Part shown: in pieces, positions 15,835 to 23,151 of the stretch
Layout: each line of letters opens with the position of its first letter
How positions within the stretch are numbered: position 1 is the first letter of the stretch
Assembly: GCF_002554705.1 (NCBI RefSeq)
Contig: NZ_PDEP01000008.1
Coordinates: 40,106-64,105 of the forward strand
Origin: Longimonas halophila
GTDB lineage: Bacteria; Bacteroidota; Rhodothermia; Rhodothermales; Salinibacteraceae
Reading direction: 5' to 3'
Length of the DNA stretch: 24,000 nucleotides
Notes under the pieces: model-generated
What the model was told of the DNA's origin: nothing
The model's database searches: none
Seen by the model: the letters and a program-made list of their open reading frames with translations, nothing else
Position numbers and translations under genes: made by a program

Positions 15835-16899
15835 ATGGACGTTCCGTATCAAACCATCCTCGTCACCGGCGGCTGTGGATTCATTGGGTCGGCCCTCGTG
15901 CGGCATCTGATTCGCACCACCGACGCCCAGGTCGTGAACGTGGATGCGCTCACCTATGCCGGACATCCTTCCACCGTCGCACCGGTCGCGGATTCGGAGC
16001 GCTACACGTTTCTCCAGGCTGACATTGCCGACCGGGAGGCCATGCGGCAGGCGTTCGACACGCACGAGCCCGATGCGGTGATGCACCTGGCGGCAGAGTC
16101 GCATGTGGACCGCTCCATCGACGGCTCGGATGCGTTCTTGCAGACGAACATCGTGGGCACGCACACGCTTCTGGAGGTGACGCGGGCGTATCTGGACGCG
16201 GCGGATGCAGACGATTGGTTTCGGTTTTTGCACGTCTCCACCGATGAGGTGTACGGCGAGCTGGGTGATACGGGGTACTTCACCGAAGAGACGCCCTACG
16301 ACCCACGCTCACCCTACTCGGCCACGAAAGCGGCATCGGATCACCTCGTGCGCGCCTGGCACCACACCTACGGCGTGCCCACGCTCATCACCAACTGCTC
16401 GAATAACTACGGACCCTACCAGTACCCGGAGAAGCTTATGCCGGTGGTGATTCTGAAGGCATTGCAGCAGGAGCCCATTCCGGTCTACGGCACCGGCGAG
16501 AACATACGCGACTGGCTGTTTGTGGAGGACCATGTGCGTGCGCTGTGCCGGGTGCTGGCCGACGGCACCGTCGGCGAAACATACAACATTGGCGGACACA
16601 ACGAGAAGCAGAACATCGACGTTGTTCACGCAATCTGTGACATCTTAGACACCCTGCAGCCGGGGGCGGACTTGTCTTCCTACTGCGATCTCATTACCTT
16701 CGTAACCGATCGTCCCGGCCATGACCACCGCTACGCCATCGACGCCTCGAAGATTGAACGCGACCTGGGCTGGACGCCTGACGAAGACTTCGCAAGTGGC
16801 CTCCAGAAGACCGTTCAGTGGTATCTCGCCCACATCGACTGGTGCGAGACGGTGACGGCCGATACGTATGATCTGGGGCGACTGGGGACGGCGAGTTGA
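15835..16899 (+). CDS. rfbB: dTDP-glucose 4,6-dehydratase
   Basis: [12 protein letters not shown] Rossmann motif, a YSATKAASD catalytic region, and typical RmlB length (354 aa) from ATG 15835. The ORF-track start at 15664 lies inside the repeat array. Confidence 0.92.
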   Translation: MDVPYQTILVTGGCGFIGSALVRHLIRTTDAQVVNVDALTYAGHPSTVAPVADSERYTFLQADIADREAMRQAFDTHEPDAVMHLAAESHVDRSIDGSDAFLQTNIVGTHTLLEVTRAYLDAADADDWFRFLHVSTDEVYGELGDTGYFTEETPYDPRSPYSATKAASDHLVRAWHHTYGVPTLITNCSNNYGPYQYPEKLMPVVILKALQQEPIPVYGTGENIRDWLFVEDHVRALCRVLADGTVGETYNIGGHNEKQNIDVVHAICDILDTLQPGADLSSYCDLITFVTDRPGHDHRYAIDASKIERDLGWTPDEDFASGLQKTVQWYLAHIDWCETVTADTYDLGRLGTAS

Positions 16900-16914
16900 T
16901 ATATTTCAAACCTA

Positions 16915-16998
16915 TCCCTTCGGGCTTCGCTGAAGGCATGATTCTCTGGATGTCTCCCCCTTGGAAAAGGGGGAGAAACCCGAAGGGAGAGGGGGTTT
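16915..16998 (+). repeat. Module A variant (left flank of DUF559 copy 3)
   Basis: TCCCTTCGGGCTTCGCTGAAGGCATGATTCTCTGGATGTCTCCCCCTTGGAAAAGGGGGAGAAACCC.. is colinear with 17427-17495. Confidence 0.85.
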
Positions 16999-17055
16999 GA
17001 TCTAATGAGCGGTGATTAAAGCATCCATACCAAAAAAACACGATTGGGGGTGCGC

Positions 17056-17412
17056 ATGAAGTTACACAACCGAAAATCACTGAAGCAACGCCGCAAAGAG
17101 CTCCGCAACAATGCCACACCCGCTGAAGTCCAGTTGTGGAGTGCGCTAAAAAAGAGACAGCTCGCCGGACGCAAGTTCAGACGCCAGCATAGCATTGGGC
17201 CATACATCGTGGATTTCTACTGTCCAGGTGAGCGTCTTGCCGTTGAGTTAGATGGTGCCTCGCACGACGACCCGCTTCGTAGCGAATATGACGCAGAGCG
17301 ACAGACATATTTAGAGGCAAAAGACATTCGTGTCATTCGTTTTGAGAACAAGCAGGTGTTTGAGGATCCAGACGGGGTATTGACATACATTAAAAAGCAG
17401 TTTGATGAGTAA
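17056..17412 (+). CDS. DUF559 endonuclease-domain protein (Vsr-like PD-(D/E)xK fold)
   Basis: 118 aa from ATG 17056, about 91% identical to the 13189-13545 product. The ORF-track start at 17044 is a TTG 4 codons upstream. Confidence 0.9.
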   Translation: MKLHNRKSLKQRRKELRNNATPAEVQLWSALKKRQLAGRKFRRQHSIGPYIVDFYCPGERLAVELDGASHDDPLRSEYDAERQTYLEAKDIRVIRFENKQVFEDPDGVLTYIKKQFDE

Positions 17413-17418
17413 CGTGAA

Positions 17419-17621
17419 CAACCCCCTCTGCCTTTCGGGCTTCGCCGAAGGCGTGATCCTGTGGACATCTCCCCCTTGGCTAAGGGGGAGAGTTTTGCGG
17501 TGTAGGTTACTCCTAAATCATTGAAAACCCAACACCAACGCGACGAACCTCCAAACTCCCCCTCTTACCGGCGATAGCCGGAAAGGAGGGGTGCTCCGAC
17601 AACTGTCGGGGCGGGGTGGTC
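17419..17621 (+). repeat. Module A plus module B (right flank of DUF559 copy 3)
   Basis: CAACCCCCTCTGCCTTTCGGGCTTCGCCGAAGGCGTGATCCTGTGGACATCTCCCCCTTGGCTAAGGGGGAGAG...CCAAACTCCCCCTCTTACCGGCGATAGCCGGAAAGGAGGGGTGCTCCGACAACTGTCGGGGCGGGGTGGTC. Confidence 0.9.
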
Positions 17622-17667
17622 TCAACTTTACGTTGCACACTGATCTTCTCCATACACAATACACTTC

Positions 17668-18546
17668 ATGAAAGGCATTATCCTCGCTGGAGGAAGCGGT
17701 ACGCGGCTGTATCCGGTGACGCACGCGGTGTCGAAACAGCTTCTGCCTGTGCACGACAAACCGATGATCTACTACCCGCTGTCGGTGTTGATGCTGGCGG
17801 GGATTCGGGATATTCTCATCATCACCACGCCGCACGACCAGGAGGCGTTTCAGCGCTTGCTGGGCGATGGGTCGCACATTGGGGTGAACCTGCAGTACGA
17901 AGTACAGCCGGAGCCGAAGGGGCTTGCGCAGGCCTTTACGATCGGAGCCGACTTTATTGGTAATGATGATGTCGCGCTCATTTTGGGCGATAACATTTTC
18001 TACGGACAGGGCTTCGGTCCCATTCTGAAAGACACGGTCGCTGACTTAGACGGTGCAACGGTTTTCGGCTACCGCGTGCGCGATCCCAAGCGTTTCGGCG
18101 TCGTTGAGGTGGATGCGGAGGGCCGGGCGTTATCGATTGAGGAGAAGCCCGACAATCCCAAGAGCAACATCGCAGTAACCGGACTTTACTTCTACGACAA
18201 CCGCGTTGTGGACATTGCGCAGACCGTTGATCCCTCCGATCGTGGCGAACTGGAGATCACGTCGGTAAACAAGCGATATCTGCAGCACAATGCGCTACAC
18301 GTACGCACGCTGGGCCGCGGGTACGCCTGGCTCGATACCGGTACCCACGAGGCGATGAGTGAGGCTTCGCGCTTTGTGGAGATCATTGAGCGGCGTCAGG
18401 GCCTGAAGATCGCCTGCATTGAAGAGGTGGCCTGGCGGCAGGGGTGGATCAGTGACAGCGATCTGCGTGAGCAGGCAGAGGAATTGCGAAAAACGCAGTA
18501 TGGGGAATACCTCCGTAAGTTAGGTGACTCTGAAATCCATGGATAG
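17668..18546 (+). CDS. rfbA: Glucose-1-phosphate thymidylyltransferase
   Basis: [18 protein letters not shown]...[26 protein letters not shown] is a canonical RmlA signature, and the length (292 aa) fits. Confidence 0.95.
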   Translation: MKGIILAGGSGTRLYPVTHAVSKQLLPVHDKPMIYYPLSVLMLAGIRDILIITTPHDQEAFQRLLGDGSHIGVNLQYEVQPEPKGLAQAFTIGADFIGNDDVALILGDNIFYGQGFGPILKDTVADLDGATVFGYRVRDPKRFGVVEVDAEGRALSIEEKPDNPKSNIAVTGLYFYDNRVVDIAQTVDPSDRGELEITSVNKRYLQHNALHVRTLGRGYAWLDTGTHEAMSEASRFVEIIERRQGLKIACIEEVAWRQGWISDSDLREQAEELRKTQYGEYLRKLGDSEIHG

Positions 18547-18946
18547 TACGCTGGAGCGAGTAGAGGTTATAGATCTTCCGAAAGTCAAAGACGAACGTGG
18601 CAATCTGACGTTTGTGGAGAACGGAGATCTCCCGTTTGAGATGAAACGCGTCTACTGGATCTACGATGTTCCAGGCGGACAAGAGCGAGGCGGCCACGCA
18701 TTTAAACGCCAGCAGGAGGTGATTGTCGCGCTTTCTGGAAGCTTTAGTGTGAAGGTGAACGACGGAAAACAAAACGCCACGTACAATCTGAATAGGTCGT
18801 ATTATGGGTTGTACGTCCCTAACGGGCTGTGGCGCCATATGGAAGACTTTAGCACCAACGCGGTGGCTTTTGTCATTGCCTCTACATGCTACGACGAAGA
18901 TGACTATGTGCGCGATTTCAATCTTTTCAAGGAAAAAGCAGAATGA
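18539..18946 (+). CDS. FdtA/QdtA/WxcM-like cupin (dTDP-4-keto-6-deoxyhexose 3,4-ketoisomerase family), paralog 1
   Basis: About 135 aa with [13 protein letters not shown]....[13 protein letters not shown]....RGGHA. The start could be ATG 18539 (8-nt overlap with rfbA) or ATG 18524. Confidence 0.8.
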   Translation: MDSTLERVEVIDLPKVKDERGNLTFVENGDLPFEMKRVYWIYDVPGGQERGGHAFKRQQEVIVALSGSFSVKVNDGKQNATYNLNRSYYGLYVPNGLWRHMEDFSTNAVAFVIASTCYDEDDYVRDFNLFKEKAE

Positions 18947-19809
18947 AGGTACGCCCTAATCTAATTATCCCAGGGTTTCCTAAAAGTGGTACAAGCAGCC
19001 TCTACCACTACCTCAGCCAGCATCCCGATATTGATGGCATTAAGGGAAAAGAGCCGCACGTCTTTTCGAAGGCGAGACAGTTTGAGAGAAGAGAAGAAGT
19101 ATTCAGGCGTCAATTTGATACCTCAACGCGGTTTAGGTACCGAATGGAGGCAAGTACGACATATATGATCACACCAGAAGCGCCTGAACGTATTGAACGT
19201 ACAGTACCAGATCCCAAGTTCATTATTATCGCTCGTGATCCGATTGAGCGCGTGTTCTCGCACTTCAACTGGCTCTGGTGCATGGGGCAGATTGAAAATG
19301 ACTTTCGTACTGAGATTCTGAAATGGGAGGAGAAGCCATATCATCCCGATGTCCACTTCGGAGGCAATTACAAGAATTATGTGGCCTTCTCAAGATATGG
19401 AGAGCAGTTCCAGCGATATCTGGATGTGTTTGAGCGAGATCAGATTCTTTACCTGACAACGGAGTCTCTAAAAACGTCTACCGAGACCGTCCTGCATAAG
19501 TGCCTCGATTTTCTTAACTTGGATCCTATTGAGGGAATTGACACACGCCGTCAGAACGTGACGAAGAAAAATGAAGTCGTCACGGCTCCTAATTTTTTGA
19601 TCCGACTCCGACAAGCACTGCCCGACGTTCTTTTTTCTCTTCCTGCTGTTAGTTATGTGAAGAAGTGGTTCACCAAAACGTATGAGCCTAAGGTTTTTGG
19701 CGTAGAGGAAGAGCAACTTGTGTATGATCTAATGGAGGATGATATCAGGTTGCAAGAGCGCCTGGGACTCTTGTCAGATGAGTGGAAGACGACACAGAAA
19801 TACCTGTAA
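18943..19809 (+). CDS. Sulfotransferase family protein
   Basis: N-terminal PAPS-binding 5'-PSB loop (IIPGFPKSGTSSL) and an IARDP..R..S 3'-PB-like motif. ATGA overlaps the upstream gene. GC is about 42% by hand count. Confidence 0.85.
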   Translation: MKVRPNLIIPGFPKSGTSSLYHYLSQHPDIDGIKGKEPHVFSKARQFERREEVFRRQFDTSTRFRYRMEASTTYMITPEAPERIERTVPDPKFIIIARDPIERVFSHFNWLWCMGQIENDFRTEILKWEEKPYHPDVHFGGNYKNYVAFSRYGEQFQRYLDVFERDQILYLTTESLKTSTETVLHKCLDFLNLDPIEGIDTRRQNVTKKNEVVTAPNFLIRLRQALPDVLFSLPAVSYVKKWFTKTYEPKVFGVEEEQLVYDLMEDDIRLQERLGLLSDEWKTTQKYL

Positions 19810-19810
19810 G

Positions 19811-20233
19811 ATGGAGCACCGGACGTCAGTTGAAAACTGCGAGATCGTATCGATCCCGAAAGTTAGTGACCGCCGCGGCAACCTGAGTGTTGTCCAGCAT
19901 GACGATGGGTTGCCATTTGAAGTACAGCGGGTGTTCTATATCTATGACATTCCCAGTGGAAAGAGCCGGGGGGAGCATGCACACTACGAATGCCACCAGC
20001 TTCTCATTGCTGCAAGTGGAAGCTTTTGTGTTCGGCTCGATGATGGAGCAGACACCAAGACCGTAGAACTTCGTCGTCCAGGCCAGGGGCTACACATTCC
20101 ACCTGGCATCTGGGCGGGAGAACGAGACTTTTCAGGAGGCGCGGTGTGTCTGGTGTTGGCCTCTCACTTTTACGACGAAGCTGACTACATCCGTGACTAC
20201 GATGCCTTCCTCGATTACGCTGCAAAACAATGA
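19811..20233 (+). CDS. FdtA/QdtA/WxcM-like cupin (3,4-ketoisomerase family), paralog 2
   Basis: [14 protein letters not shown]....[15 protein letters not shown]....RGEHAH. Start chosen at ATG 19811, right after the sulfotransferase stop. The ORF-track start at 19739 overlaps the upstream gene by 71 nt. Confidence 0.85.
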   Translation: MEHRTSVENCEIVSIPKVSDRRGNLSVVQHDDGLPFEVQRVFYIYDIPSGKSRGEHAHYECHQLLIAASGSFCVRLDDGADTKTVELRRPGQGLHIPPGIWAGERDFSGGAVCLVLASHFYDEADYIRDYDAFLDYAAKQ

Positions 20234-20769
20234 TCCACGAAACGGCTGATGTGCAAACCGAGGCTATTGGGGACGGCACGACCATCTGGCAGTTCTGTGT
20301 GGTGCTACCTGGTGCCCAGATTGGCGCCCGGTGTAACATCAACTGCCACGTCTTTATCGAGAATGATGTTGTGATTGGGAATGATGTGACGGTCAAAAGC
20401 GGCGTGCAGGTGTGGGACGGAATCACACTGAAAGACCAGGTCTTCGTGGGGCCGAATGCGACGTTCACAAACGACGCTGCGCCACGCTCGAAGCAGCACC
20501 CCGAGGCGTTTGAGCGAACTATTGTAGAGCAGGGGGCATCAATTGGAGCGAATGCTACGATCCTCCCCGGGCTCCGCATCGGGCATCACGCAATGATTGG
20601 AGCAGGTGCTGTCTTGACCAAAGATGCCCCGCCTCATACGGTGTGGTTTGGTAATCCTGCCAAACATCGCGGCTATGTCACAAGAGACAAAACCATGCTT
20701 GGTCCCAATCTCGTAGACGAAGATGGCAACCAATACATCCTTGAAGAAGAAACGCCCGTCCTGCAATGA
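20230..20769 (+). CDS. Left-handed beta-helix (hexapeptide-repeat) N-acetyltransferase, FdtC/QdtC-like
   Basis: Hexapeptide repeats ([52 protein letters not shown]) and an ATGA overlap with the upstream isomerase gene. Confidence 0.85.
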   Translation: MIHETADVQTEAIGDGTTIWQFCVVLPGAQIGARCNINCHVFIENDVVIGNDVTVKSGVQVWDGITLKDQVFVGPNATFTNDAAPRSKQHPEAFERTIVEQGASIGANATILPGLRIGHHAMIGAGAVLTKDAPPHTVWFGNPAKHRGYVTRDKTMLGPNLVDEDGNQYILEEETPVLQ

Positions 20770-21935
20770 TCAAGTTCTTAGATCTACAAGCCATCAATGC
20801 TACATACCAAGACGAACTTCATGAGGCCGCACGCCGCGTGATCGATTCGGGGTGGTATCTGCTTGGCAGCGAGGTGGGCGCATTTGAGGAAGAGTTTGCA
20901 CAGTTTGTAGGTGCGTCTCAGGCCATTGGTGTTGGAAATGGACTGGATGCCCTGCGGGTCATTCTTCGCGCCTACAAAGAGCTTGGCGCGATGGAAGATG
21001 GCGACGAGGTAATCGTACCGGCCAATACGTACATTGCATCGATTCTGGCGATTACAGACAATGATCTAACGCCTGTTCTTGTGGAGCCCGATCCGGCATC
21101 CTACAACATCGATCCGGTTCGTATCGAGGCCAAGATCACGGATCGCACCCGGGCAGTGATGATCGTGCATCTGTACGGGCAGAACGCCTACACCAACCAG
21201 ATCGGCGAACTGTGCGAGACCCACGACCTCAAGCTGATCGAGGACGCTGCGCAGTCGCACGGGGCGTACTTTCAGGAAGCCCGCACAGGAGCACTCGGCG
21301 ATGCTGCCGGATTTAGCTTCTATCCAGGGAAGAACCTGGGGGCACTGGGGGATGCGGGGGCAATTACCACAGATGATGACGAGCTGGCCGAGACATGCCG
21401 CACACTGGCCAACTACGGGTCGGAGGTGAAGTACGAAAACAAGTACCAGGGCTACAACACGCGTCTTGATGAGATGCAGGCTGCCTTCCTTCGCGTGCGA
21501 TTGCAGCATCTCCCTGAGGAGAACCAGCGTCGTCGCGAGATTGCGCAGCAGTACCTGAGCGGGATTGAGCATCCTGATGTGGCCCTCCCGACGGTATATG
21601 ACTTCAGTGGGCCAGACAATGGGCCCGCTACTGTCGATTCATCTGCCAAACCGGTAACTGATGTGGATTCCCACGTATGGCACCTCTTTGTGTCGCGTCA
21701 TGCGGAGCGGGATGAGCTTCGGGCGTATCTTGATGAGCAAGGCGTTCAGACCCTTATTCATTACCCGATTCCTCCGCATCACCAGGAGGCCTATGCAGAC
21801 TGGAAGGAGAAGGACCTTCCAATCACTGAGCAGATTCATGAAGAGGTGTTCAGTCTGCCGATGGGGCCGCATCTCACGGATGCTGAAGTGAATGAAGTCA
21901 TCAAGGCTGTCAATAGCTATCCTGCCGCAGAGTAA
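20766..21935 (+). CDS. DegT/DnrJ/EryC1/StrS family PLP-dependent sugar aminotransferase (FdtB/QdtB-like)
   Basis: N-terminal IKFLDL.A........L..A..RV.DSGWY.LG.EV..FE.EFA..., then DAAQSHGA and [16 protein letters not shown] (PLP-lysine region). Confidence 0.9.
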   Translation: MIKFLDLQAINATYQDELHEAARRVIDSGWYLLGSEVGAFEEEFAQFVGASQAIGVGNGLDALRVILRAYKELGAMEDGDEVIVPANTYIASILAITDNDLTPVLVEPDPASYNIDPVRIEAKITDRTRAVMIVHLYGQNAYTNQIGELCETHDLKLIEDAAQSHGAYFQEARTGALGDAAGFSFYPGKNLGALGDAGAITTDDDELAETCRTLANYGSEVKYENKYQGYNTRLDEMQAAFLRVRLQHLPEENQRRREIAQQYLSGIEHPDVALPTVYDFSGPDNGPATVDSSAKPVTDVDSHVWHLFVSRHAERDELRAYLDEQGVQTLIHYPIPPHHQEAYADWKEKDLPITEQIHEEVFSLPMGPHLTDAEVNEVIKAVNSYPAAE

Positions 21936-21949
21936 ACCCGATTGCACGT

Positions 21950-23065
21950 ATGCCGTCCGAAGTAGAAATGCTGGACTTCGAAGCGTTCAAGGAGCGCTAC
22001 GAGAAGGTGCCTGTTGAAGAGTACCCAAACAACGTACGTGAGGCCGTTCCTGACCCTGTGGTTTCGGTTCACCTCCTGACCTACAACCATGCCGACTACA
22101 TACGGGAGGCAATCGAGAGCGTCCTCATGCAAGAGGTGGATTTTCCGATGGAAATCGTCTTAGGGGACGACGACTCCTCCGACGGCACGCGCGAGATCTG
22201 CATTGAATACGCCGAGCAGTACCCCGACCTGATTCGTCTGCAGCTCCACCACCGCGAGAATAACATCCACCTGCACGGCAGACCCACACACCTTTTCCAG
22301 TACTGGTATAACACGTTCAGTGCGCGAGGCAAATACATTGCAATTCTGTCGGGAGATGACTATTGGACGGATCCGTTGAAACTACAAAAGCAGCATGACT
22401 TCTTGCAGGCAAACAGTGAATATGCCCTCTCCTTCCATGATGCTAAAGTGGCCGCCGACAAAGGAAAGGTGGTCAGTGAGTCAAAAACGCCAGACGAGAA
22501 CAAGCGAGACTTCTCCTCCGAAGATATGATGAGTGGAGCATATTTTCCTGCGCTTTCTCTATTCGTACTGAACATATTTGAGCAAGTACCAGAGAAACTC
22601 ATTTTCTGTATCAATGAAGATAAAGTGACAATAAGTTTACTTGCCAGGTATGGCAAAGGTCATTTCCAAGAAGAGATTGACCCTGCAGTGTATCGCGTTC
22701 ATGATAGTAGTATCTGGAGTTCAAAAACTCCTCTAATTCGAGTAAAAGCGAATAATGATACACTAAAAAATATGCTATCAGTTTGTGATGACAGAAGTAC
22801 AAGAGAAGACATCGAAAGCAAAATATTAGGCTCCTGTGTTAGTCTGGTATCAAGACTAGTCTTCGCATGTGAGGTTGCGAAAGCCCTAAAAGAATTAACC
22901 GATACATTAATCCTGTTTGCAAAAAGAAAAAAGTTGTTTAACATGTTCTTGTTATTAAGTAATCTAACTCGATTTTTAGGAGGTAGCATAAAGAATTGCA
23001 TTCGAGCTAAATACTGGAGACTCATTCAGAAACTCGGTATGAGTGCTAAACCACAAACCCGATAG
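21950..23065 (+). CDS. Family 2 glycosyltransferase with an AT-rich C-terminal extension
   Basis: VSVHLLTYNHADYIREAIESVLMQ...EIVLGDDDSSDGT is a GT2 N-terminal signature with a DxD-like motif. The C-terminal third is hydrophobic and Lys-rich, and 23-38% GC. Confidence 0.85.
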   Translation: MPSEVEMLDFEAFKERYEKVPVEEYPNNVREAVPDPVVSVHLLTYNHADYIREAIESVLMQEVDFPMEIVLGDDDSSDGTREICIEYAEQYPDLIRLQLHHRENNIHLHGRPTHLFQYWYNTFSARGKYIAILSGDDYWTDPLKLQKQHDFLQANSEYALSFHDAKVAADKGKVVSESKTPDENKRDFSSEDMMSGAYFPALSLFVLNIFEQVPEKLIFCINEDKVTISLLARYGKGHFQEEIDPAVYRVHDSSIWSSKTPLIRVKANNDTLKNMLSVCDDRSTREDIESKILGSCVSLVSRLVFACEVAKALKELTDTLILFAKRKKLFNMFLLLSNLTRFLGGSIKNCIRAKYWRLIQKLGMSAKPQTR

Positions 23066-23151
23066 ATAAAAAATACTAGGCATGCAAATGTAAAAAACTT
23101 AGCAAGTACGAAAATATATACACTCGATGGTAATTAGGTAAACCAAAAAGC

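Noticed and set aside
4421-17621. IS element or MITE interpretation of the composite repeats
   Set aside because: I could find no terminal inverted repeats or target-site duplications at element ends, and the window has no transposase or integrase ORF. The modular indel behaviour fits REP/BIME-like elements better. A MITE-like origin cannot be fully excluded without genome-wide data.
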